DNA of 64,000 nt, taken from positions 32,001 to 96,000 of IMG/VR virus record IMGVR_UViG_3300045988_180675; one strand, 5' to 3'. A program made the translations under genes and the position numbers. Under the pieces are notes generated by a model. It was not told the origin of the DNA, did no database searches, and saw nothing but the letters and a program-made list of their open reading frames with translations. This document shows, piece by piece, positions 18,000-27,049 of this stretch. The stretch is from a virus. Positions within the stretch are counted from its first letter, which is position 1; each line of letters starts with the position of its first letter.

Positions 18000-19100
18000 T
18001 TACTTTGGTAAAAAGATTTCTGCATCGTAATCCTCGTCCACATCTGGAGCAAAGTACATTTTTGTTTTACGATCGAGAGTTTCTTTTGGTAGGTTGGCTA
18101 AAAAATTCCAACCCTTGTCTTTCTTACCGTTTAGTAGGAATGTGTAATCTGGTCGATGACGCAAAATTGACTCCACAGTTCCCTCTACAAAGAAGACGTT
18201 TCTTCCTACAATGGTAACCATGTCTTCTTTTAAGAAATCTTGGTATTTGTCTAACAAAATTTCTTTTTCTTTTAGAATAAGATCTGCTAGTTCTTTCTTA
18301 CTCAAGAATGTAACTGTTTTGTTCTTGTTGGAAACTAAAACAAATGGTTTAGCACACTGCTTATTTGAAGATTCAGTGGCTTTAAATGGGCTATAGTATC
18401 CATCAGTACAACCTTCCTTCTTTATATAAGCAGCGATCTCATTTTCAACTTGTTTTTTAAAGTGTTTGAGTCCGAAGCTGTCCATATAACCATCAGAAAT
18501 GTATGTGCCCTGTATATCCCCAATAAACCAGTCTTGTTCGATGTTAAATATCTCCGAAATTAAGATCATCCATTCTTCAATGGACATCTTATTACAATTT
18601 CTTTGGTATCTTACACCAGCTTTTCTTGATAGGAAATTCTCTAAGATTTCTGATGTAGTATCAATGACCGCAAGATCTGGAACGTCATCTACGTTTTCAC
18701 CTTCGATAAAGACTATTACTCCAGATGTTTTGTCGTAGCGATAGCAATCTTGTCCATTGATTCTCAGGAATATCTTTGCAATATCCAAACTGTCATCATC
18801 ATAGAAATCAGCTCCATCAATCACTTCGCCGTTGTGATACACAGCTTCTCCTACGCCATCAACGACCGTTTGACCAGCGTGTTCGATGTAGAAATCAAAA
18901 TCTACTGCCTTGCTAATAGCTCTGATCTCATTGAATGGGACATCCCACTTTGAACAGAAAGATATAGAACAAGTTTCCATATCTAATGCTTCCATTGTTA
19001 CTTTTTGGGATAATACTCCATATTGAATTAGTAGTATCAATAATTCGTTGAAATCCTCTTTGTTTCTGCAAAATAAATTCGTTTTAACCAAGTTTGCCAT
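18000..19100 (-). CDS. Hypothetical protein
   Basis: 366-aa ORF, RBS AAGGAGGAAAATTAAAT. No signature motif recognised. Confidence 0.7.
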   Translation of the reverse strand: MANLVKTNLFCRNKEDFNELLILLIQYGVLSQKVTMEALDMETCSISFCSKWDVPFNEIRAISKAVDFDFYIEHAGQTVVDGVGEAVYHNGEVIDGADFYDDDSLDIAKIFLRINGQDCYRYDKTSGVIVFIEGENVDDVPDLAVIDTTSEILENFLSRKAGVRYQRNCNKMSIEEWMILISEIFNIEQDWFIGDIQGTYISDGYMDSFGLKHFKKQVENEIAAYIKKEGCTDGYYSPFKATESSNKQCAKPFVLVSNKNKTVTFLSKKELADLILKEKEILLDKYQDFLKEDMVTIVGRNVFFVEGTVESILRHRPDYTFLLNGKKDKGWNFLANLPKETLDRKTKMYFAPDVDEDYDAEIFLPK

Positions 19101-19102
19101 AT

Positions 19103-19456
19103 TTAATTTTCCTCCTTGTTCCCTAGAAAAGTGTTTTCAAAATATTTTTCTAAATCTTTATTCATTTCTTCCTTTGCATTGTCGAGATCTTTGATATCTA
19201 GTTTATCTAATTTTTCAAGATATTGCACTAATTCTTCTTCAGTATCAAAATCTCTTTCTGTTTGATAACGCAGATTTTTAGTGAGTTCTACTTCGGTAAT
19301 CACATAGAACCTATTTCCTTTTGGTGCAATATGGACTAAAAATTTTCCTACTTCACTATCTTTGTATACAGCATGTACAAAACACAAGTAAAGATCGTCC
19401 AGTTCCCAGTTCTGCATCGTTTCTTTTACTAATTTGCGAATTTGTTCTAATTCCAT
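19103..19456 (-). CDS. Hypothetical acidic protein
   Basis: 117-aa ORF, coupled to its neighbours. Confidence 0.6.
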   Translation of the reverse strand: MELEQIRKLVKETMQNWELDDLYLCFVHAVYKDSEVGKFLVHIAPKGNRFYVITEVELTKNLRYQTERDFDTEEELVQYLEKLDKLDIKDLDNAKEEMNKDLEKYFENTFLGNKEEN

Positions 19457-19698
19457 TTTTTATTTTCCTCCGTTTTTTTAATACCATGCATCTCCATGAT
19501 TTGATCAAATATTTCTGAAGTGATCTGGAGAGTGTTTTGGTTTTCAATGATACCACCGTCAAGCTCTTCACCATTTTGGTAGATTGTGTAGTCGCAATCA
19601 TCATCTGAGTTGATCTGTACTGCGATTATGTAGTCGCCAACTTGCTTGACTATATCGTAGATTTCTAGTAATTCTTCAATCAATTCTTGATTATCCAT
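19447..19698 (-). CDS. Hypothetical acidic protein
   Basis: 83-aa ORF, coupled to its neighbours. Confidence 0.55.
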   Translation of the reverse strand: MDNQELIEELLEIYDIVKQVGDYIIAVQINSDDDCDYTIYQNGEELDGGIIENQNTLQITSEIFDQIMEMHGIKKTEENKKWN

Positions 19699-19699
19699 A

Positions 19700-19951
19700 C
19701 TACTTGCCTACTGGCATCTTTGTAAATGCCTTCTTGTCCAACCCACAGAAAGCCTTGATATGCTTTCCAGTTGTCATTGTGTAGCTGTCATACAAACGTA
19801 CTAGCGTGTCATCTGGTAAGCGTTTGATGATTGGTGTGTCGTAGCTATAAAGAGTTTCTGTTCCATCTTCCTCTACTACGACTTTAGCCTTTCCGCCAAA
19901 ACTTGCTTGGTTCTGATTCTCTGTTGGTGTTAATTCGTAAATCTTTTCCAT
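19700..19951 (-). CDS. Hypothetical small protein
   Basis: Start moved to the ATG at 19951, because the strong RBS AAGGAGGAAAATAAC sits directly upstream of it. Confidence 0.55.
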   Translation of the reverse strand: MEKIYELTPTENQNQASFGGKAKVVVEEDGTETLYSYDTPIIKRLPDDTLVRLYDSYTMTTGKHIKAFCGLDKKAFTKMPVGK

Positions 19952-20164
19952 GTTATTTTCCTCCTTAGCCATTTTGGCTCATACATGATTTTCACCTTAT
20001 TTACGTTAATTTTCTCCATAACATCAAATAAGATACGTATCTATTATGCAAGAATATAAGAAAGAAAAAAGGTTATGAAGACCAGGCTCTCACTTAATGT
20101 TGGTTTACAAGGCAAAATGGTGTATAATTTAGTTAGTACAAAGAAAGGAAAAGTGATTAGATTT

Positions 20165-20371
20165 ATGTTAGAAGAAACTCCGAGGTTCAGAGCAAAACGA
20201 ATGACTGATGGTGAATATGTTGAAGGCTGCTTAATCATGCATGAAGGTAGCCCTTTTACCTACATACTTACAGATGATGGGTATAATTACATGATTACAG
20301 ATGACTTGACTGGTGATTGTAAGTGCAAGCTTGTAAGAGTTCTTGGGCATTCCGTAGAGCAAATTTGTTAA
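20165..20371 (+). CDS. Small hypothetical protein (weak YopX-like flavour)
   Basis: Promoter TTGGTT (20100-20105), 17 nt, TATAAT (20123-20128) lies inside the track ORF, so the start is moved to the ATG at 20165 (MLEETPRFRAKRMTDGEYVEG...). Confidence 0.45.
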   Translation: MLEETPRFRAKRMTDGEYVEGCLIMHEGSPFTYILTDDGYNYMITDDLTGDCKCKLVRVLGHSVEQIC

Positions 20372-20376
20372 TATTA

Positions 20377-20409
20377 AAAGACATCCATTTGAGATGTCTT
20401 TATTTTTTT
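20377..20409. terminator. Hairpin terminator between convergent genes
   Basis: AAAGACATC (20377-20385) / GATGTCTTT (20393-20401), followed by TATTTTTTT. Confidence 0.6.
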
Positions 20410-20779
20410 ACAGAGCCTCGAAGTCCTTAATAATAGATTCAATTTCTGCTTTGATTCCACTCAGAATGCGACAATAACATATTGAACGTTTGAGCGTTGA
20501 AATTATCTCATATTGCTTGGCGTCGAGTATTGTTACAAATCCCTTTGTCACGTTCACGATCGGCTTTGTAAGCAGCTGAATCTCAACTACCACCTTCCCG
20601 TCTTCACCTGGCTGATGGATATGCACGTTGACGGCATGTTTTTTTCCATCTATTTCTCTTGTTAGCCGTATACCTTCCTGATCTGTTGAGATCTCCACAA
20701 AACCAGTAATCTGAGCCATTATTTCATTCTTTATATTTTCGATTCCTGAAACTGACTGTTCGATTGTTTTCTTTGCCAC
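20408..20779 (-). CDS. Hypothetical protein
   Basis: 123-aa ORF. Confidence 0.6.
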   Translation of the reverse strand: MAKKTIEQSVSGIENIKNEIMAQITGFVEISTDQEGIRLTREIDGKKHAVNVHIHQPGEDGKVVVEIQLLTKPIVNVTKGFVTILDAKQYEIISTLKRSICYCRILSGIKAEIESIIKDFEAL

Positions 20780-20784
20780 TTAAT

Positions 20785-20967
20785 TCACTTCCTCGTTGCT
20801 TCTATAAAGAGTTCAATTAGACGTTTCGCTGAAATTAGAACCAAGAAAACAGCCAGAGCTTTAGCTGTGATCGTATTCCATGTAAACAGCGTCCATGTGG
20901 ATAGCGTGAAAGCTATGGTGTAAAAAATTAGTACCAATACTAATGTCGGGATGCTTTTCTTATTCAT
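20785..20967 (-). CDS. Small two-TM membrane protein
   Basis: 60 aa: IPTLVLVLIFYTIAFTL ... ALAVFLVLISA. Confidence 0.5.
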   Translation of the reverse strand: MNKKSIPTLVLVLIFYTIAFTLSTWTLFTWNTITAKALAVFLVLISAKRLIELFIEATRK

Positions 20968-20990
20968 TTTTTATTCTTCCTCATTTCTTT

Positions 20991-21809
20991 CTAATTTTTA
21001 TATGCCTTATCAGTGATAATATCTGAGATTTTGTATATTTTACCATCTTCCAATTGGTCTGCAAAATATTTCATCTGATACTCAATATCATGTTTACCTT
21101 TTGGCTTTTCAAATTTCCATGAACTACTGAAATCAGATTTTTCATCTAATGCGTCGATACGATTTTTCTTCTTGTTGAGTCTAATATACAATTCATCGTC
21201 ATCTTTAATGCATGATAAAAGCTCTTCTTTTACAGCGATAGGACAATCAATAATGCTTTCGTCGATCATGTATTTCTTATCTCTCATCTTTTCTTCGATG
21301 AAGTTGTAATCATCCATGGCAATCCATGCCAACGCCCCAATGGCTGTGGCAACAAGCATTATTATCATTACGATAGAACCAAATATCAGAGTTGCTCCGA
21401 GAAAATAATTTCTCATATTTAAAGAATACATGCAGAATTTTGCGAAAGCAATTATTCCAGCAATGGAAATTGCAAAGGCTAGTATCGGCTTAAATGTTAC
21501 TTTTAATATTGTTTTGGTGATCGTGCCAATTCCTAGCCACTTTCCGATTTCTCTTTTGCTTTCCTTTTTCGTTGTCGGTTTATTACCCAATTGCTTGCAC
21601 AACGCTTTCTTTTGCTCTAGCTCATCAACTTCACTATCTGCTTCGATGCACTTATCGAATGGAAGGGATTTACTTATTTCGTTATTCTTGTATATCTCTT
21701 TTCTTGGAACGGCTTTTTCTACAGCTTCTTCTTGAGCATCATCTTCTTCTAAGATGCTTTCTAGTGTGAAGTGATTATTAGACTGCTGTTCTTGTGTTAG
21801 TCCTGCCAT
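20991..21809 (-). CDS. Membrane protein, module gene Y (paralog of 12870-13613)
   Basis: See 12870-13613. Same N-terminal, LPFDKC, DCPIAVK and C-terminal motifs. Confidence 0.65.
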   Translation of the reverse strand: MAGLTQEQQSNNHFTLESILEEDDAQEEAVEKAVPRKEIYKNNEISKSLPFDKCIEADSEVDELEQKKALCKQLGNKPTTKKESKREIGKWLGIGTITKTILKVTFKPILAFAISIAGIIAFAKFCMYSLNMRNYFLGATLIFGSIVMIIMLVATAIGALAWIAMDDYNFIEEKMRDKKYMIDESIIDCPIAVKEELLSCIKDDDELYIRLNKKKNRIDALDEKSDFSSSWKFEKPKGKHDIEYQMKYFADQLEDGKIYKISDIITDKAYKN

Positions 21810-21886
21810 CTTTGTTCTCCTTACCTTTCTAGTAAACTACACACCGCCTTTCGACGGTGTGCTTTACACTGTTCTTTATTACATAG

Positions 21887-24211
21887 TTATCTAATCTTTT
21901 CCTTACAAACGAATGCTAAGCACATTCCTAACATAGATAATGTGAAGAGCTTTAATGTGTCGTTCATATTGTCACCAGTAGGGGCTGTATGCTCACTGAT
22001 AACAGTTTCAGATTGTGGCTCGTTATTTGTTGGCGTAGTTGTTTCTTCAATAGGCTTCTTTGTGTAGACGTGAGTTCTAATGCCGTCTGCCTCTTTTGTT
22101 TCAACAAAGTTATAGCCATCAATATCTTGTTTTTCTACAAAGCCTTCTGCCAATTCTCTTAACTCGTTACCATTTGTATCAATGAATCTTGTGATCTTTA
22201 ATTCGGGATTCTCTACAACTGGACTATCATTTGGAACTTCTGTTTCAACCTTTGTGTAAACATGTGTTCTAATATCTGCCGTTTCAGTTGTTTCCTTGAA
22301 GATATAACCAGAAATCTCCTTCTTTTCTACAAAATTTTCTTCTAGTTCATGGATATCATTGCCCTGTTCATCTACAAATCTAGTCACCTTTAATTCAGGT
22401 AATGTCACTTCTGGTGCATCACTTGGCACTTCCTCATGTAATTCTTCATATACATAAGTTCTGATGCCGTCTTGGTCTGGCAACTTTTCTTTAAACACAT
22501 ACTTCGTGTTATTGAATGTGATTTCAGCTTTCTTATCTGTAAAACCATTCTCAAACTCTGCAATTTGTTCATTGTCGGTATTCACAAATGTTGTAATTTT
22601 AAACTCTGGGATTTCTACAGTTGGTGCATCACCTGGAATCTCATGTTGCTCATTCCATGTGTTTGTCACGTTAAATCCGTTATCCATATCTCCTGCAACA
22701 GAAGTCATGTAGAAATTCATTTCATCCTCTTTAATAGAATACTGAATCTCTTGATTCCCATTATACTTACGTAAGCCCGTAAAAGTGTATTCCCAGTTGT
22801 TTGATGGATCTAATACGATGGACTTACCTGTATCAACATTATCAGCATATAAATGCATTACTGCTTGAGTACCTGTATTACCTACCCAAGTCTTAGATAC
22901 TTTAATATCTCTTGTGATAGGCTCATCCTTTACAGTAACAATATTGTCCTTTGCAATTGACGTTTGAATAGTAAATACTGTGCTATTAAGTTTGTAGCCG
23001 AATGGTGCTTCAATTTCTTTTACTTCATAATTTGCTTCAAACACCATATTCGGAGTAATTGCTACACCATTTTCATCTGTTACAAGTGTTTGAGTAGTGC
23101 CGTTATCTACATTCTTGATTTCAAACTTAGCACCAGCAAGTTTTGTTCCTGTTTCTGAATCCTGCTTAACAATTTGTAGCTTACCTGTTGTTGTTACACC
23201 AGTAATGCCACCTACATCAGCAAGTTTGTATTGTGCTGTAACATCCTTTGTTACTTCATCACTTGAAAGTGCAACTTTATTCTTTTGAATTGTGCCATCT
23301 GTCATAGAGGTTTTCATGAACAACATGTAACCCTGTGTACCAATGTCACCTAGATCCAATGTCCACGACTTAAAGTCTGGAGAGAATTGAATCTTATCTG
23401 TAACATCTACAATCTCTCCCCAATGAGAGATAGTTGCATTTTCATTGTATGTTACCTTCTGCAACTTAAATCTTTCTTTCGTAACATCTACTGGATTTAA
23501 GAACCAGCCATTATCAGTTACAAGACTATCGGACAATACTACATGATGTAAGTCCATAGCACTCTTGTTGATTCTAATGATCCACTTTACTGTGTTAGGT
23601 TCTGCTGGTAAGCCTTCACCCCACTTAGCAATTACTTCACCACTTGTACTTGGTCGTGTAATTGTTGTTTCACATGAGGCTTGGTAGCCATCATATACGC
23701 CATTACCCTTGATGGTTAATGTAATAGTGTTAGTCTTATTTAGTTCAATGTGGTTCTTATTAAATGGCACCCACATGAAAATATTACCACTTAGGTTAGA
23801 ACGGTTATTAGCCTGCTCATTGAATACTACGTTAATCTTGCCACCTTCTGTGCCGTTAGGTAATAGTGTACCTTCGCCAATGACATCTTGAGTTACAGTG
23901 TCAATGATAGGGAATGTTTTGTCCAACTTATCAGAACTCATGTCAATTTGTTCTGGCACGATAATATCAAAATAATCTCCTGTATGGACTGTTTCTGTTG
24001 CGTTCCATGTCATGTTTAAAAAGAAACTTGATCCATCGTAAAGGTTGCTTTGATGCACTGCGTTGCCACTATCTCTTAGTGATACCTGGACGAGCTGTAC
24101 ATCCAACCTACGTGGTGATGGGGGGGTAATCTCGGCTTCTTCTGCGTGTGCAGGCATTGCCATACAAATCAAAGTGAATATCATTGTTACGAATGTTAAT
24201 ATCTTTTTCAT
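21887..24211 (-). CDS. Cell-wall-anchored adhesin (Cna-like A region, Cna-B/SpaA repeats, three 47-aa repeats, atypical sorting signal)
   Basis: Start at MKKILTFVTMIFTLICMAMPAHAEE (ATG 24211, RBS AGAAAAGAGGAAAAG). TGDYFDIIVP-type A-region motif. YEVKEIEAPFGYKLN E-box-like motif. Repeats PELK(I/V)TRF(V/I)D..GN.L.EL.E.FVEK..I.GY.F.ET....IRTHVYTK x3. C-terminus TAPTGD plus hydrophobic helix plus KEKIR. Confidence 0.85.
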   Translation of the reverse strand: MKKILTFVTMIFTLICMAMPAHAEEAEITPPSPRRLDVQLVQVSLRDSGNAVHQSNLYDGSSFFLNMTWNATETVHTGDYFDIIVPEQIDMSSDKLDKTFPIIDTVTQDVIGEGTLLPNGTEGGKINVVFNEQANNRSNLSGNIFMWVPFNKNHIELNKTNTITLTIKGNGVYDGYQASCETTITRPSTSGEVIAKWGEGLPAEPNTVKWIIRINKSAMDLHHVVLSDSLVTDNGWFLNPVDVTKERFKLQKVTYNENATISHWGEIVDVTDKIQFSPDFKSWTLDLGDIGTQGYMLFMKTSMTDGTIQKNKVALSSDEVTKDVTAQYKLADVGGITGVTTTGKLQIVKQDSETGTKLAGAKFEIKNVDNGTTQTLVTDENGVAITPNMVFEANYEVKEIEAPFGYKLNSTVFTIQTSIAKDNIVTVKDEPITRDIKVSKTWVGNTGTQAVMHLYADNVDTGKSIVLDPSNNWEYTFTGLRKYNGNQEIQYSIKEDEMNFYMTSVAGDMDNGFNVTNTWNEQHEIPGDAPTVEIPEFKITTFVNTDNEQIAEFENGFTDKKAEITFNNTKYVFKEKLPDQDGIRTYVYEELHEEVPSDAPEVTLPELKVTRFVDEQGNDIHELEENFVEKKEISGYIFKETTETADIRTHVYTKVETEVPNDSPVVENPELKITRFIDTNGNELRELAEGFVEKQDIDGYNFVETKEADGIRTHVYTKKPIEETTTPTNNEPQSETVISEHTAPTGDNMNDTLKLFTLSMLGMCLAFVCKEKIR

Positions 24212-24248
24212 TTTACTTTTCCTCTTTTCTTTCTTTTGAATATTGTGT

Positions 24249-24887
24249 TTAATAGTTCTTTGCTGAAAATACGATACCGATACTGTCATCCAACCATGTG
24301 TCTGGAATCTTCTTTGTACATTCTTTAAATCTGGTTAATGGGATATCCCAGATATTGTAAGTTGCCTTCTCAAATGACATCTTTATTCCAGATGTTTCTT
24401 CATCGAAGTCCTCTTCCTGATCATGGAAGTACATGCCACTAATATCACACTTACCTTTTTCAAAGATGATTTTTGGTGAAGTTTCGTCAGTACAGTCAAA
24501 ATGCCAATCAATCTCTGCTGTGCAATCTGCTTCGCTTTCTTGTTTTAACATTAAATCGCTTAGGTAAGCGACAATAGGTTTATCCGTAGGATCTAGGACA
24601 TTTCTTGTGTAATAATCAAATTTACTTACAATTTCTCCGTAGTTTTCGTTTCTGTAGTTTTCAATATCCATGCCATCAAGAATGTGATACAGATTGACAA
24701 TCATGGCAGCTGCTATGGACTTATTATTTTTGTTCAATTCTGTTTTCCAGTTATCCTTTATTTTCGTGATAAATTCTGCCATCTTTTCTTGTGCTTCTTT
24801 GATTGTTTCTACTTCAAATAAGACCGTTGCAAGCATTTCTCTGTTGTTGTCTGTATCTTTGCTATAATTTTTGATTAAAAATTTCAT
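24249..24887 (-). CDS. Cytoplasmic protein, module gene X (paralog of 13631-14173)
   Basis: See 13631-14173. Driven by a P-A promoter: TTGCTA (24935-24940), 17 nt, TATAAT (24912-24917). Confidence 0.65.
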   Translation of the reverse strand: MKFLIKNYSKDTDNNREMLATVLFEVETIKEAQEKMAEFITKIKDNWKTELNKNNKSIAAAMIVNLYHILDGMDIENYRNENYGEIVSKFDYYTRNVLDPTDKPIVAYLSDLMLKQESEADCTAEIDWHFDCTDETSPKIIFEKGKCDISGMYFHDQEEDFDEETSGIKMSFEKATYNIWDIPLTRFKECTKKIPDTWLDDSIGIVFSAKNY

Positions 24888-25077
24888 AATTTTTCTCCCT
24901 TTTATATACTCATTATATCATACTATTTTTTTTTTAGCAAATAAAAAAGAGGCTTTCGCCTCATATAAGATAAGGGTTTGCTTTTTTAGCAAACTATTCA
25001 AGGATATGGGGTATGACATCCCCCAGAGCTTTTGCTCGTCTTTATATTACTATGACCTTGAACAAACTGCAACTGTT

Positions 25078-25344
25078 TTATAAACAATTTTCAAAATAGA
25101 AATCTACTGCATGTGTACTGGAGAATATCCCTAGTTCCACAAATAATTCGCCAGCATCTTCATTGTCATAATAATAGTCTGCCATTGCGTTGCTGATGTA
25201 GTCGTAGAATTTGTTAGCTGGTCCATTTTCGTTTCCTTCTTTGTCCAGTAATTTCCAAAATTCGTCGGCATCCTTGGTGATCTCTAGGTGTTTACATTTG
25301 TTTTTTAAGTGAGTTATAAATCGTGATTTTTCTTTTGTTTCCAT
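25078..25344 (-). CDS. Hypothetical acidic protein
   Basis: 88-aa ORF downstream of 25349-25639. Confidence 0.55.
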   Translation of the reverse strand: METKEKSRFITHLKNKCKHLEITKDADEFWKLLDKEGNENGPANKFYDYISNAMADYYYDNEDAGELFVELGIFSSTHAVDFYFENCL

Positions 25345-25348
25345 ATCT

Positions 25349-25639
25349 TTACAATAGTGGTAAGTAACGGTAAATTTGCGACACTACAAAAGAATCTTTA
25401 CTTGAAAAGTGCATGTGCTTACGGATATTTTCTTTTCCTATTCTTTCGTATACTGGTAAACAAAATCCTTGTATAAACGAAAGAGAAATCCATTTTACGC
25501 TTTCTGGGATTATGATTTCATTTGTTGAATCCCAATCGAATTTCTCGTAAACCTGTTCTTGAAAAACTTCTGTACCGTTGTGTTGTCCAACTAATATTCC
25601 ACGTTCCTTTTTGTTTATTTGTAGTGTTATTCTGCTCAT
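25349..25639 (-). CDS. Hypothetical protein (possibly STAS-like/DUF4325-like)
   Basis: 96 aa. The pattern ...IIIPESVKWISLSFIQGF... loosely resembles STAS-like DUF4325 domains. P-A promoter TTGCTA (25688-25693), 17 nt, TATAAT (25665-25670). Confidence 0.4.
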   Translation of the reverse strand: MSRITLQINKKERGILVGQHNGTEVFQEQVYEKFDWDSTNEIIIPESVKWISLSFIQGFCLPVYERIGKENIRKHMHFSSKDSFVVSQIYRYLPLL

Positions 25640-25801
25640 TACTTATCTTCCTTTCCATACTCTTATTATACTACTATATTTTCTTTTTAGCAAGTATTGT
25701 TAAGACTTTAACTTTGATTGGATCTAAAAAAAATAATATATTTTTATCAAATTTCTAAATAATTTCTTGCATATACTGTTATGGCATGCTAATATATAGG
25801 A

Positions 25802-25914
25802 GCAGGGGGACATACATCAGCCATCCCTATATTGATAAACATTACCCCCTGTATTTCCAACTTTCCCCAAAGAGTTAGAAAAAAGAAGAAGGTTATAGTC
25901 GCCTTCTTTTTTTT
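25802..25914 (+). ncRNA. Candidate sRNA (about 113 nt) with C-rich motifs
   Basis: Promoter TTGCAT (25767-25772), 17 nt, TAATAT (25790-25795). Stem CAGGGGG (25803-25809) / CCCCCTG (25845-25851). Second hairpin AACTTT-CCCC-AAAGAGTT. Terminator AGAAGG/CCTTCT plus T8 (25886-25914). No RBS-preceded ORF. Confidence 0.4.
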
Positions 25915-25972
25915 ATTTGCTTTGTAGAAAATATTGTGATATAATACAATACAGATAAGAAGGGAAGGAAAT

Positions 25973-26143
25973 ATGGAAGAAAATAAGATATTAGTAACAG
26001 AACTACCGTTGCCGTTTGACGAGAAAGATTTGGGAGAATTAAAGAGTGCAAAGTGTATTATTGACTATCGTGGAGATGGAAAGCTTGTTGTGAAAGATGG
26101 ACAGCTCGCATTGTCTTATGATGGTTGTTGGTGGAAGAAGTAA
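25973..26143 (+). CDS. Small hypothetical protein (56 aa, not in ORF track)
   Basis: Promoter TTGCTT (25917-25922), 17 nt, TATAAT (25940-25945). RBS GAAGGGAAGGAAAT. Product MEENKILVTELPLPFDEKDLGELKSAKCIIDYRGDGKLVVKDGQLALSYDGCWWKK. Confidence 0.45.
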   Translation: MEENKILVTELPLPFDEKDLGELKSAKCIIDYRGDGKLVVKDGQLALSYDGCWWKK

Positions 26144-26199
26144 GGGATGATAGATAACAATATTTACAAAACAAAAAAGAGTCGAAAGACTCTCTTTTT

Positions 26200-26916
26200 T
26201 TACGACAACATTTGTCGCTTGTTAGATCTGATTATATTACGTGATTTTACTTCTACACTATATACATTGGAAGATTTATCTTCTTGATTTGTTCTTTCGC
26301 AGAACGAGGTTAACATATCTCTTAATTCTGCTTCATCGTAATATTCATCGTCTAGCACAAACATTGCTTTCACGTGGCAAACCTTTTCGTTGCCCTCAAC
26401 TGTATCCTTGCAGGCTTCTGGACACACGTCTAACAGAAAATCCTGTTGTGTAAGGTAGCCATATTTGGCGAATAACTCTGTTGTTTTCTCGAAAGCGATG
26501 TATTGTGGATCGCAAACCTCTTCACTACGGATCTTCATGTTGAAACTTTCAAAGTCTGGATTTTCAGCTATCAACTTTTGCATGAATTTGATCTCTTCGA
26601 CAATTTCATTCATTCTCTTTTCTGCTTTTTCACAAAGCTTTCCAAAACGTTTTTCTAGGACGTTAATCATGTACTGTTTATCTTTTTTACTAATTTCTTC
26701 CATCCACTCGATATGCGTCTTTCCGATTCCGTCTTGCCCAGACATCCAAAGGATCACTTCAATCTTCGTATCTCGGTAAAGCTTGTCAATGTTAAATAAT
26801 TGAGATAGATCGCTTCCATCTTTTGCTAAGTGGTGGAGCGTTCTCGTTACAATGTCATCAAACGATTCTGTCTGTGAATTTTTGTTGCAGATGATAATAT
26901 CGTATATTTTCTTCAT
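26200..26916 (-). CDS. Family A paralog (most divergent copy)
   Basis: MKKIYDIIICNK... and AKYGYLTQQDFLLDVCPEA... align with the other family A members. Confidence 0.65.
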   Translation of the reverse strand: MKKIYDIIICNKNSQTESFDDIVTRTLHHLAKDGSDLSQLFNIDKLYRDTKIEVILWMSGQDGIGKTHIEWMEEISKKDKQYMINVLEKRFGKLCEKAEKRMNEIVEEIKFMQKLIAENPDFESFNMKIRSEEVCDPQYIAFEKTTELFAKYGYLTQQDFLLDVCPEACKDTVEGNEKVCHVKAMFVLDDEYYDEAELRDMLTSFCERTNQEDKSSNVYSVEVKSRNIIRSNKRQMLS

Positions 26917-26941
26917 TTTTATTCTCCTTTGTTATACCTAT

Positions 26942-27021
26942 ATTATACTATACTATTTTCTAAAAAGCAAATATAGAAAGAGAAACTTACATTTGCTAAA
27001 AAGAATATAGTATGCTATAAT
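26942..27021. promoter_or_regulatory. Divergent promoter pair between two family A genes
   Basis: Minus: TTGCTT (26965-26970), 17 nt, TATAAT (26942-26947). Plus: TTGCTA (26993-26998), AAAAAGAA, 17-nt spacer, TATAAT (27016-27021). Confidence 0.65.
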
Positions 27022-27049
27022 AAGTATATAAGGAAAAGGAGAAGGTTAT

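Noticed and set aside
19321-19604. ORFs 19321-19518 (+) and 19356-19604 (-)
   Set aside because: They overlap the better-supported, translationally coupled genes 19103-19456 and 19447-19698 in other frames. There are no independent signals.
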